A DNA stretch of 64,000 nucleotides from Nymphaea colorata (Eukaryota): NCBI RefSeq assembly GCF_008831285.2, contig NC_045138.2, forward strand, positions 11,346,001-11,410,000, written 5' to 3'. This document shows positions 39,882-52,775 of the stretch, piece by piece; within the stretch, counting starts at the first letter, position 1; each line of letters begins with the position of its first letter. A program made the position numbers and the translations under genes. Below the pieces are notes generated by a model. It did no database searches and had not been told where the DNA came from. It saw nothing but the letters and a program-made list of their open reading frames with translations.

Positions 39882-42800
39882 ATGTCGGAACTCAATATGA
39901 CTCAGTTTATTCTTTTTCCTCGGAAGTCCCCCCAGAAAGCATTTATCGAACAAGCAGTCGGTGAAATGACACCTATGGCAATACCTGAGTCAGAATTACA
40001 TGAATTCACTCAGATTCAAAAACAAGAACATCCATCATCCTTGGTTAATGATCCAATTGAAGAAATTAATATTGGAACCAGTGAAGATCCTAAAATTCTT
40101 CAAATTGGCACCAGTTTGTCAGTGGATGAGAAGAAAAGATTGGTGGACTTTCTTATAAGTAACCAAGAAGCTTTTGCTTGGACTTATGAAGATATGCCAG
40201 GCTTAGACCCCCAGTTGGTCGAACATCGTTTGCCTTTAAATCCTAACTGCAAGCCGGTTAAGCAAAAATTGCACAAGCTTGACCCTCGACTAGAAGGCCC
40301 TATAAAAGAAGGACTAGAGGACTTGCTAAAGGCAAAATTCATTCGTGATATTGATTATCCCGAATTATTGGCGAACATCGTGGTGGTCCCTAAGAAAAAT
40401 GGTAAAGTCAGGTTGTGCATTGACTTTCGAACTTGAACAAAGCCACACCGAAGGATGATTATCCTCTTCCAAACATTGATCTATTGGTAGACAGTACTGC
40501 AGGCCATGCAATGTTTTCTTTCATGGATGGATATTCGGGATATAACCAGATCAAAGATCAACCTAAGACCGCTTTTACTACACCCTAGGGCATTTTTTGT
40601 TACACGGTAATGCCATTTGGGTTGAAGAATGCTGGAGCAACCTATCAAAGAGCCATGGCTGCCATCTTACATGACCAGATGCATAAAATTATGGATGCAT
40701 ATATCGATGACATATTGATCAAATCCAAGATAAGAGAAGATCACATTGAAACTCTTGCCCAAGTATTTGAGAGGCTTTTACAGTACAAGCTTCGCCTGAA
40801 TCCTCAAAAATGTGTGTTTGGGGTTGAGTCAGGCAAGCTGTTGGGTTTCATGGTTAGTAAGAAGGGAATTGAAATGAATCTTACCAAAGCTAAGGCAATA
40901 ATCGATATGCCACTACTTACCAATATCAAGGAGTTGCGAAGCTTGCAAGGACGAATCCAATCCATCAGACGATTCATTTCTAATCTGGCCATGAGATGCG
41001 AACCATTCAACCAGCTGTTGAGAAAAGGTGTCAAGTTTGAATGAGGTTTTGAATGCCAACAGTTATTCGAAAGGATCAAGAAATACCTTCTAAATCCACC
41101 AATTCTAAAACCACCAACGTTGGGTAGACCATTGCTGTTTTACATCACAGTGAATGAGTCAACATGTGGCAGCTTTTTGGCACAATATGAGGAAGGAAGT
41201 CGCATCGAACATGCAATCTATTACATTAGCAAGACTTTTGTTCAATACGAAAAGAAGTACTGTCCAATAGAGAAAACTTGTCTGGCATTGGTTTGGATGT
41301 GTCAGAAGTTGAGACATTATTTATTAGCTTGTGAGGTCAAGATACTCTCCAAACTAAATCCTCTCAAGTACATCTTGGAACAACCATTCCTTAATGGGCG
41401 TATCGCCAAATGGCAAGTTCTGTTGATGCAATATGATCTTGAATATGTGTCTCAAAAGTCAATCAAAGGACAAGCAATTACGGATCAGTTAGCAGACTTC
41501 CCTCAGTACGAAGAAATCAGAACAAATGATGAGTTTCTAGATGAACATGTAGTAAGATTGGAAACAGTTCCGACATGGAAGATGTACTTTGATGGGTCCA
41601 GAAATGTGATGGGAGCAGGCATAGGCATCTTACTCATCACTCTAGAAAGCAAAATGATCCCCTACTCTTTGAAACTTGATTTTCCATGTACCCATAACTT
41701 GGCTGAATATGAAGCCCTCATACAAGGACTTTGTTCTTTATTGAGTTTTCAAGTAAAAAGAGTGCATGCCTTCGGTGACTTTCAGCTTATTATAAACCAA
41801 GTGAATGAAGAATGACAAGTCAAAGATGAAAAGTTGGTGCCATATCAAGAAATTGCTACCTCCTTAATCTGTCAATTCGAAGAAGTACAATTGGCTCACG
41901 TAAAGAGAGAAGGTAACCCTATTGCGGATGGCCTCGCGAGCTTAGGATCGACCATCACTTTTCGAACCAATGAAACAATCCGTTCTTTTGAGATTGGAAT
42001 ATTAGAACACCCTGCTTTTGAAACGATGGCGCATGTTCATCATATCCAAGGGGGGAATACGCCTTGGTACCATGACATCAAAAGGTACATTGAAAGCAGA
42101 GAATTCCCGGCTAAAATGCCTAAAAATGAACAAAAAGCAATACAATGTATGTCAGTGAGGTACTTTATCCTAGCAGGGGTATTATACAGGCGTAGATTTA
42201 GCACTGAATACTCTCGGTGCCTTGATGAAGATGAGACAAAGAAAATAATCGAACAATCACATCGAGGAGATTGTGGGGGCCATGTTGGTTACCAAACCCT
42301 CACCAAACAAATAATTCGAGCAGGGTATTATTGGCCTACCATGCAAAAAGATTGTCACTAATTTGGCAAAAGATGCAAAGAATGCCAACTGCATGCTCTA
42401 GTGATTCATGCCCCAGCCTCTCACTTGCATTCTATGACATCTCCTTGGCCATTTTCAATGTGGGCTTTTGACGTAGTTGGACCGATATCCCCTACAGCTT
42501 CTAACGGCCGTAAGTATTTTCTTGCTGAAACAAATTATTTTACCAAGTGGGTAGAAGTCGTTACACTCAGAACAGTGGAAGGATGTCATGTAGTGTCATT
42601 CATTCACAAAAATCTGTTTTGCAGATTTGGAGTCCCTCATGATATAGTATCTGACAAATTTCAAGAATGAAAAGATGAGGCAATTGTGTAGCAGGTACCA
42701 CATCACGCACCATTTTTCAGCTCCTTATTACCCCCAAGGCAATGGACAAGCAGAGGCTACAAACAAGATCTTGATCCACATCTTGGAACAGACAGTAGAA

Positions 42801-43304
42801 ACTGGAAGAGGTTGGCATGAAAAGATGCATAATGCTCTATGGGCATATCGCACCACTATGAGAACTCCAACAAATGCCACTCCAGCAGAGCTAGTCTATG
42901 GAACAGAAGTGGTTCTACCATTACATGTGTTGAAACCTGCTTTGAAGTTCGCTTCTCTCATAGAGCTCTCTCTTACTCAATATCAGTAGAAAAGGCTAAT
43001 GCAGCTCGATTTGCTAGATGAAAAGAGGGTAAAAGCGGCTGAACATGCTAAAGCTTATCGCCAAATGGTAGCCAGACAATTTGCTAAGTCAGTTATCAAG
43101 AGATAGTTCAAAGTGAATGATTCGGTCCTACGATCTGCGGTGTACCTTAGAGGACGACTACGAGGCAAGTGGGCACCAAATTGGGAAGACCCATATGTCA
43201 TTGAGGAAGCTTTGCCCCACAATTCATACCGACTAATTGATGCTGATGGGGTGGAACTTACCGATCCTGTTAATGCCCTTCACCTCAAGAAATTTTATGT
43301 TTAG
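39882..43304 (+). pseudogene. Pol: RT, RNase H, archaeal-type RNase H, integrase
   Basis: VRLCIDF, MPFGLKNAGATYQR, AYIDDILIKS; RH YCPIEKTCLAL; aRH WKMYFDGS...NLAEYEALIQGL; integrase H-x6-H/YYWPTM, PWPFSMWAFDVVGP, YYPQGNGQAEATNK; ends LKKFYV-stop. Several stops and frameshifts. Confidence 0.93.
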
Positions 43305-43442
43305 TTCTCTTGTATTCATTTTCCAATCAATGTCAAACGTTTGTGTTTCCACATCAATTATTCAATCTAGATTCTTCCCAGTCGTAAAACATGACAATTT
43401 CACTGGAGCATTTTTTTTATATTATTATCGCTCAGGGCTTGA

Positions 43443-43733
43443 GAGCAACCCGTGCAGGTAAAGGGTTAAACCTGCAATATGAGGGCAACCATGCAGGCAA
43501 GGTGTTAAACCTGCAATGCTTGCCAAAGCAACCCATGCAGACAAAGGGGTTAAACCTGTGCTACAAGCCAAAGCAACCCATACAGTTAAAGGGTTCAACT
43601 TGTGATGCAAGTCAAGGCAACCCATTCAGGGGGGTTAAACCTGAATTTGAAATCGGCAAACCCGTGCAGGTAAGGGGTTAAACCTGTAATTTAAGCTCAA
43701 ACAACTCAATTAGGTAAGGGGTAAAGCCTGAAA
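43443..43733 (+). repeat. 3' UTR tandem array, 7 units of ~40-45 bp
   Basis: Consensus GCAACCCRTGCAGGTAAAGGGTTAAACCTG(C/T)A followed by a variable spacer. Confidence 0.9.
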
Positions 43734-43814
43734 CATCTCTATGAAAATGTCTTGTTTGAAAAATTTGTGGTGTTTATCTTTGTCACTAAGCACGGCTAAC
43801 ACCGGCTTATTAAC

Positions 43815-43825
43815 AAAGAGGGGCA
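43815..43825 (+). promoter_or_regulatory. Polypurine tract
   Basis: AAAGAGGGGCA two bases before the TG of the 3' LTR. Confidence 0.8.
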
Positions 43826-43827
43826 TC

Positions 43828-46800
43828 TGTAATCACCCAAATTGTTTTTAAAAAGACTATGATGTTTCATCTAAGTACGAAACTCAAATTTAGATCCAAA
43901 TTAAATCCAAAATACAACTTCCATATCCAAATTAGAGCCAAAACCCAAGTTTAGATCCAAATCGATCATTTAAGACCCATTTGCCCTCCTTTTGATCAAA
44001 AAATCTCATTTTAGAGGGTGATTTTAGTCTTTTTGGGTGGATAAGACCAATTTGCCCTTCCTTTTGACAAAAAAATCTCTTTTAGAGGGTGATTTTAGTC
44101 TTTTTGGATGGACAAGACCAATTTGCCCTTCCTTTTGACAAAAAAATCTCCTTTTAGGGGTGATTTTAGTCTTTTTAGGTCAAAAAATTCAAATTTAGGG
44201 TTTGGGCTCCAAAATCTTCTATAAATACCCCCAATTTTTCCCTCTCTTGGGTAAGATTGGCCCTTGGGAGAAACTCTAGTGTATTCTCACTTGAAGACTT
44301 AGAGTTTCTCTTGAGCTCTCTTTCTCTCCCTCTTCCTCTCTCTATTTTCCTCTCCAACTTGGAGCAAGCTACAACGCTCTTGGATGCATCATCTTACTCA
44401 AAGGAGATTTCAAGTGAAGGTGTTTATCTTCCTTAGGTCATTTTTCATTAGAGGTATGTAATCATAATCCCTTTCATTTCTTTTTTTTTTCTTTTTATTT
44501 TTCTCATCTTCGTCTCCCCATGGCCAAAAGAGATAGCCCTCAACCTCTTTTTAGAGACAAGAGGCTATGCTCAAGTGCACCGGGAGCATGAGAAGATGAG
44601 ATGATATTTTATTTTATGATTAAATCATACTCTTTCAAGTATTCTTGTTGTTGTTATTCTTTCCATTCATGAATATATTCTTGTTGTTATTGTTATTTCC
44701 TTTCTTCAATATAACTTTGTTCTTGTTATTTTCTTTTCTCTCTTCCTCCTCTCCCCATGACCAAAGGAGATAGCATTCAATCTCTTTTTAGAGACAAGAG
44801 GTTATGCTCAAGTGCATTGGGAGCATGGAAGGATGAAATGATCTTTCATTTCATGATTGAATCATGCTTTCTCTTTTATTAAATATGACATTGTTTTTTT
44901 TTCTATATTTTATCCTCATCTTCATCTCCCTATAGCTAAAGGAGGTAGCACTCAATCTCTTTTTAGAGACAAGAGGCTATGCTCAAGTGCACCGGGAGCA
45001 TGGAAAGATGAAATGATCTTTCATTTTAATCATGTTCTTTCTTTTCATTAATACATTCTTGTTGTTCTTTTGCTTCCTCTTATTTTCCTATATTCTTTAT
45101 TTTCCCATGGCCGAGATAGCTCTCAATCTCTATTTTAGAGTCAAGAGGCTATACTCAAGTGCACCGCGAATATGAGAAGATGAGGTGACATATCATTTCA
45201 TAGTTACATCATGTCCTTCCTCCTAATTGAACCTTGTACTTTCCATCATCCTCTTTCTATTTTTCCTTCCTTGAATGTTGTCTATATATTTTTCATGCAA
45301 AGTTGTTTGGTTTTCTACTTATATGTGAATGTATGGTGGGAATGAGAGTGTGGTTTGGGGACTCTTTATTTTCATATTAATTTTTGAGGTTGGGACTTGT
45401 CCAACCCGAGATAATCCTTCACGAAAATGTACATGTTAATATGCATTTGCATGTCATTTTACGCTAGTTTCCTTCTTAATCATCCCATTAGAAACCCTAA
45501 CGAGTGTCTCGTTATGTTGCTTGTTTTCTTCCATACCCAACGGTGGAAGAAATATATCCCTTACAACAAACTAAATAATAACATTCTATGCTTATTTTCC
45601 AAAACATTTTCAAAAGAAACCTTCTAACATGGCCCTAGGGACTTAGCTTAGACTCTTGTATGAGTCCAAGCTCCCTTCCGGCCCACATTAAACTTGAAGT
45701 TGGCAATTTTAAGTTATTCCTTGATTTCTAATCTTGTGAAGGTATGGATGTATACACATGTTATATACATCTATGCCAACATGATGACCCCCCATCTTTC
45801 TCTCTTTATGCTTTCACTTTCCATTATATAAATTTTCATATGTGCATGAATACGTATGTACATGTGCTCTATTTCCTCTCTTTCAAATATTTATTCCACT
45901 TTTCAAGACAAATATCTTCTCTTATAAAATTTCTCAAACCCATATATACGTATGATATTTTTCTTTTCCTCTAAAATTTTTCTTTTTCTTCAAATCAATA
46001 CATCTTTTTCTCTTAAGCTTTCATATATGTGTATATGTGATGGTATGTACACATCTATGCATGTCTTCCTCTATCTCTTTCTATTTCTTTTCATAAGAGT
46101 GTTTTATCTCTTGTATTCTTTTTAACATTCTCCTCTCATGATATTTTTATCTACCAACTTCATTAAAACCAAAATCCAAGTAATGACCCAACACTGAAGT
46201 CATGCTTGATAGTCTACAATCTCAATCCCCCTTCAAAAATTTTCCCTTCTTATATACAACAAGAAAAACCTTAGATGTTTGTTGTGGTATGAATGACTTT
46301 ACATGAATGTTGTGGCAGGAATGTTTTACATTCTTTCAATCATATAAGATAAATGCATCCATGCATTCTCACCTACTTTATTTCACTTATGATCACAAGC
46401 ACCTCTCCAAAAGAACTTAAGCAAGATGGGATGAAGCTCCAGTTAGGTGGTAACCGAATTAGAGCAAAATCTCAAACCTACTTAAAGTCTTAAGAGAACA
46501 CTAAAGTGATTTCAAAATGATTTCACATGCTTTTCAAATAATACTTACAAATTCCACTTTTTCCTCAAAATATTTCACATTTTTAAGCAACCCTTCAAGA
46601 GTCTTTTCAAAAATTTGAAACATCAAACTTTCAATATTTTGTACACCGCATATAAAATAAAAAAAATGTTTTAAGTTAAAACGAAATGCATCAATGATGA
46701 ACATAGCCCTTGGGTTGATTACCCCCGGTAAAGGCACCGGGAACGGTCAATCCTCGTACCGACGAGCGAGTCCCTTTTTTTTCTTATTTCAAAACAAAAC

Positions 46801-46850
46801 TCAATTTTTTTGAAGCACTCCAAAACCAATAAAAATTTGGGATGCAAACA
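43828..46850 (+). repeat. 3' LTR (3023 bp)
   Basis: TGTAATCACCC...GGGATGCAAACA followed by TSD GTAAT. Confidence 0.95.
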
Positions 46851-48693
46851 GTAATCTTGGTGGGAGTAAAGGTGGAGCCACCCCAATCCATACCTAGGGC
46901 TGCTGCCACCTAGAGAGATTAACTTCACTATTGATCAGGTGCTTGGTATAGTGCCTCTCTCGAAGGCACCTTATAGGTTGGTGCATTGCAAGTTGGAGGA
47001 GTTGAAGAAGCAATTACAAGAAATGATAAATAGGGGTTTCATTCACACAAGATTGTCTCTCTAGGGCGTGCCATTATTATTTGTGAGAAAGAAGGATGAC
47101 TCCCTTTGCCTGTTTATTGATTGTTGTATGCTAAACTAGGTAACCTTAAAAATAAGTACCCATTATCTTCTTGAAGATTTACTAGATCAATTAAAAGATG
47201 CATAAATGTTTTCCAAGATTAATTTGAGATCATGTTGTCATCAACTATGTATTAAGGAGGAAGATGTGTCTAAGGCTACATTTAGAACCTGGTATGACCA
47301 TTATGAGTTTCATGTATTACCTTTTGGGTTTATTAATGCTCATGTTGTATTTATGGACCTAATAAACAGTGCATTCAGATACAATTTAGACTAGTTCATG
47401 ATTGTATGCCAAATTTTCTACTGAAAGATGTCGGATTTATGAGCTACATTAGTTATGATCAGAGAGTGGCAGTAGATCCAACTAAAGTAGATGCAGTATA
47501 ACTGTGGAAGTCGCCTATGACTCCTATAGTATGAGCTTTTCTTGGGTTGGTAGAATACTATAGGCGGTTTATTGAGGGATTCACCTATATAGTTCTGCCC
47601 ATGATTGCATTAATCAAGAAATAAGAGAAGTTTGTGTGCTCAGAGTCATGTGTGTAGAGCTTTTAGACACTAAAGAAGAGGTTGACTATGACACCTGTTT
47701 CGGCTTTATCATCAGGAACAAAGGATTTGCAGTATATATTGATGCTTTAGTGTTTATGTATGGTGGGGTATTAATGCAACACAAGTGTGTTATTGCCTAT
47801 ATTTCAGTTGGAAGTTGTCATGCATGACTTGAAGACGTGGCACCATTACCTTTATGGGGTGGATTAAAGTATTCATGGATCATAAATCTCTAACTTAACT
47901 CTTTTTACAAAAGGAGTTAAATCTTCAATAATGTAAATGGAGAGAGTACCTGATGGATTATGATTTCAAACTTTTTTATCACCCTGAAAAAGCTAATGTA
48001 GTAGCGGATCGTTGAGTTATAATTCTAGGTACTTGTTCACAACCTAGTTCATCACACATGGAAACTTATAGAGAATATGACAATATGACATCCATTTACA
48101 AATAACCGAGGTGTGATTTTTTTTTAGCCTTCAGTTCAGTCTGATTTATCAAAAATGATTTTGTAGAAGTAGAAGGAGAGTCCAGAATATACGCAGATGG
48201 GAACTCATTGTGAGTCAGGAGAGAGGGCTTTTTCTATGGATCTGAATGGAGGAGTCTAATTTCATAGATTGTGGGTGCCAGATAAAGAAACCCCTAAAGA
48301 GGAGACTTTTGGATGAGCTGCATTACTCATGATAAATCATTTATCTTGGTAAGAACAAGATGTATCAAGATGTTAAATGTACTTTTTGGTGGCCAGGTAT
48401 GAAGTCTAACATTGCTAATTTTATAGCTAGATGTTAGATATATCAACAGGATAAGTCAGAACATCAAAGTTCTTGTAGGTTATTACAATCTCTTGGGATT
48501 CCACAATCACAATGGCTTTCATTATGGGACCATCGAAAACTAAGAGACAACATGATGTCATTTAGGTTATAGTTGATAAATTGACTAAGTCAGCTCATTT
48601 TTTACAAATTTGGGAGACTTGGTTTACAAATTCATTGCATGATCTATATATTGAAGGGATAGTCAGATTGCATGGAGTGCCACATACCATTGT
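46851..48693 (+). pseudogene. Tekay/Del Gypsy RT-RH-integrase remnant (continuation of 30681-31149)
   Basis: LPPREINFTID, PLSKAPYR, FSKINLRSCCHQL, KATFRTWYDHYEFHVLPFGFINA, FWWPGMK, TKSAHFL, IVRLHGVPHTIV; heavily decayed. Confidence 0.85.
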
Positions 48694-50020
48694 GGTTAAC
48701 AATCACATACATGTGCAAAAATTCATATCAATTTTGACCAACTTTATAATTTACATATTGAAGGTCCCACCAACTGTTCTGAACTAGTTATAAAGGCACA
48801 AACCACATAAATATATAAACAAGTCAAATAACGATCACATAGATGTTTGCAAGCCAAAACTATCAGATCTACTAAATCAACCTTGTTCACTATTGTGGTG
48901 CACCAAAATCACCTTAAAACAATATAATTTCAGAACATGAGTAAGATTTCTCGTACTCGAGAGGCCCACCAACGATGTGTGTGTGAAGATGTAGTTCACA
49001 TATCGACAACAATATGTCACAACATTATAAGAGGAGGATATACACCAGATGAATATCAAATATGCATTGCTTTATTTAGTCATCGTTGAAATTCAACCAT
49101 AGGGTACAATCACGGGTGTTACATTGTTTCCATGGTCATCTTTTACTCAATTTTCAGTTGTTTAAAATACTATTCTAGTCAGCTTCTCCACTGATCGACT
49201 CTCATGAGATGTTCTCTGCTTATAGATTCTAAGAGTAAGAGAGAAAACTAAGGCATCTACCGTGCCTTGTCCTATTGAACCTGGACCCTCATGAGCTGTA
49301 GGTTGACATTGGGACAAGAGTCTCATCAGACTTCTCACGTCTAAGCACACTACAACACCTTCAAGGTCAAATCACCAGGCCCACAGACGGAACTTTGTCA
49401 TTATTCAGACAACTCCCATTGAGTATTCTTAGTTGGTACAAGACAAAGAACTATCATCCTCGTACAATTACAATTGCAAACTGTTGCTCACGACCCTCAA
49501 ATCTGTGTCGCTCCACTGAGCTTCTAATTCACCTTATTATTAATCAATACGTGATCTTTTTATCATCATATATGAATGACAATTATTTTAAGCATGATTC
49601 ATGCATTTCAAGCAATCTGATTGGATTTAAGCATTAAATATAAAAATTGAAACATGCAAAGACAAGAACTTAAAAAGATCAATTGATTGGCTCACAACTG
49701 GCAAACCTAAAGTCATGGGTGATCTCTAAGTTCGCAAGTTTATGCAAATTAAGGACTGTTAGGTTAACCTAACTTACCACAAAACTATGTGTTTAAAATA
49801 AAAGCTGAGGGTCAGACTAGGTTTTTCAGGTCTAGGCTTGAGCCCAGAACTAGCTGGCCTAGCCTGGCATCGGCCAAGCCTTGGCTTGGTCATGGCATGG
49901 CCATGGCCAGCTAGCCATGGTAAACTGGCTTAGCATGGCTAGCCATCCCTGGCTGGCTCAGCCCAGTCATAGCTGACTTGGGTCGATCAACCAAGCCAAG
50001 CTGGTCTGATGGTATGGCCC

Positions 50021-50266
50021 TATAGAAACACGAAAAATAGGAAAAAAGAATATGATGTAACATGGAAAAACCCTCAACAAGAGGGAAAAAACCACAGATG
50101 ATGAGGAACTAGTGCTCACTAGCAACCAGACTCTCTCTCTCTTAAGATTTCATTAACTCTCACAAAATTAGGGTTACAATCTTTAAGTAAGGCCCAACAA
50201 GGGCTACACGATGGATCGGGTATGGATCCAGACCCAGTCTCGAGACCCATCTAATATGTTTCAAGA
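50021..50266 (-). repeat. 3' LTR of Copia element
   Basis: Near-identical to 53556-53810; both terminal dinucleotides mutated. Confidence 0.9.
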
Positions 50267-50269
50267 CTC

Positions 50270-52775
50270 CCCCTCAAGTTGGGCATACATATCAAACATG
50301 CCCAACTTGGATACATTTCTCTCCAACGAAGTCGAAGATAGAGCTTTCGTCAGAACAATAACATCAGTTGTTTGGTCTTCAGACCTCATGTAAGGAAGTA
50401 CAAGTTCTTTAGCATCAATTCTCTCTCGAATGAAATGTCGGTCAATCTCAACATGCTTTGTTCTGTCATGAAGCATAGGGTTGCTGGCCAAGTTGATTGC
50501 AGACTTGTTATCACAATACATCTTCATTGGTTCTTCAACCTTTATACTAATATCAATCTACAATACTTTTAGCCACAAAAGCTCTGAAACTCCCATAGCC
50601 ACTGCTCTGTATTTTGCTTCAACACTGGAACGAGAACAAACATCTTGCTTTTTACTTCTCCACACTGTAAGATTCCCTCCCAAATAAATACAATAGCCAT
50701 AGGTGGACCTCCTAGTGTCGATACAGCCTGCCCAGTCTGCATCTAAATAATCTTCAATCCCAACAGTGTCCTGCTTGACATACAAAAGACCTTTGCCAAG
50801 ATTTCTCTTCAAGTAGCACAAGACCCTGTCAACAGCCTTCAAGTAGGCATCCATGGGAGTATGCATGAACTGACTCATCACATTTACAGCAAAGGTAATA
50901 TCAGGTCTAGTGAGAGTAAGATAAATCAACTTCCCTACAAGACATTGATATCTTCTTGCATTGCATAAGTCCACTTGGGATCACTTTGAGCCTCAACAAC
51001 ATTCCTGGGAATTATAGCCAAAGAAAGAGAACATACAAAACATTTGTAGTCCTTGCTCAGTGTAGAATATGAAACAAAGTTACCAATAGGATGTTGAGTA
51101 CATGACCTGACACCCTTTCGCAGGGCGATGGGAAGATCTTCACTTGCAATAACAGTCTGAATCTCTTCTTCAACAGGTTGCTTCTGAGCACGACTTGGGT
51201 CATCTAGGGAAGGAGTAACTGGATTGGGAGTAGAATTCTCACTACCTGTCATCTCATCAGTACATACTCTTCGCCTAGAGTAAACTTGCCCAAACAAATG
51301 ATTGCATTCCTCACCTGCTCCAGTAGAACACTCTCCATTTTTCTCCTATTCAAGCACCTCAATAGAAGGACCAACCGATTCACTCCTGTAGTCCAAAAAA
51401 TCTGTAAACAGAATTTCCTGACTCGAAGAATACTCTTCCTTTGACATAGAATTCTCCCCCTGAAGAGGATTCTCACCAAAATAGGAAGCATGTTCAAGGA
51501 AAGTGACATCTTTGGTAACATAGGCACGACCAGTGGAAGGGTCCCGACACTTATACCCTTTTTGAGTGGGAGAATAACCTAGAAATATGCCCTTAATAGA
51601 CCTTGGATCAAGCTTTTTAATGTGAGGACTATGATTGTGAATAAAGCAAACACAACCAAAAACTCTTGGTGGAAGAGATAAAGGTTCACGACTCCCCGGT
51701 AACATAGAGTGAGGCGTCTACCCATTCAACACACGACTAGGCAACGGTTTATAAGATACGCACTGGTCAACACAGCATCCTCCCAATACCTTTTTGGAAC
51801 ATGACATTGAAAAAGAAGAGCCAGAGTCATATTCAATAACTGACGATTCTTTCGTTCAGCAACTCCATTTTGAGGAGGAGTATAACTACATGAAGTCTCT
51901 TGAACAATTCCCTTTTTTCGAAAGAAGCTATCAACAGACTGACACATATACTCACGAGCATTGTCAGATCAAAAGGCCTTAACAGATGCTCCATATTGAG
52001 TTTCCACATAAGCAATGAAAGTCTCTATGACAGTAAGAACTTTACTACGGTTTTTCAACAAGTAGACAATAGTGTTACGAGAACAATCATCTATAAAGGT
52101 GATAAAATACTGAAAACCATGACAAGAAGGAATCCGTGAAGGCCCCCACATATCATAATGAATCATGGCAAATATTGCATGAGACCGATGGCTAGACAAA
52201 GGGTATGAAGCCCTAACATGTTTGGCCAGGTGATAGACATCACAGGACACCATAGTCATATCTAACCTGGAACATAAATCAGGAAACAACTGTCTAAGAA
52301 GTGCAAAAGGTAGGTGTCCAAGGCGCTCATGCCAACGTAGAATCAACTGAAGGGAGTCCTCTCTGTTCTTCGTTGCTTGACTGACTACCGTCATGAGAGC
52401 CTGAGCAGTACGCATAGGTAAACGATATAGCCCGTTAGAAGTTAGACCAATCCCAATCCTCTTCCCTATCACCAAGTCCTGCATAACACAGTGATCAACA
52501 AAAAAGATAAGTTCACAATTCAACTCTTTCGTGAACTTGCTAACCGACAAGAGGTTCAAGGGAAGATGGGGAACATGTAGAGCACTGTGGACTAAGAACT
52601 TGTTCAAAAGTGGGAGACTCCCTTTCCTAGCCACAGAGATAGATGAACCATCAGCAAGAGAAACACGTTCCTTTCCTGACGAAAGCTTATACCCATGAAA
52701 GACTTTAGGATTGCCGGTCATGTGGTGAGTAGCGCCATTTTCGATGATCCACTCTCCCATACGGGAATCCGCCAT
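50270..52775 (-). pseudogene. Copia pol remnant: protease, integrase, RT C-terminus/RNase H (RT core deleted)
   Basis: WIIENGATHHMTG, WHERLGHL, YTPPQNGVAERKNRQL, KKLDPRSIKGIFLGY, LVGKLIYLTLTRPDI, YLDADWAG, HDRTKHVEIDRHF. No YVDD-containing segment. Confidence 0.9.

Larger units (their letters stand above)
31150..46850 (+). mobile_element. Full-length Ogre/Tat-type Ty3/Gypsy LTR retrotransposon (15.7 kb), inactivated
   Basis: TG...CA LTRs 31150-34693 and 43828-46850; perfect TSD GTAAT (31145-31149, 46851-46855); PBS and PPT; domain order extra ORF-gag-PR-(intron)-RT-RH-aRH-INT. Confidence 0.95.

Noticed and set aside
43443..43733. CRISPR-like repeat/spacer pattern
   Set aside because: Repeats are degenerate, spacers are only ~10 nt, no cas genes, and the context is a plant retrotransposon UTR.
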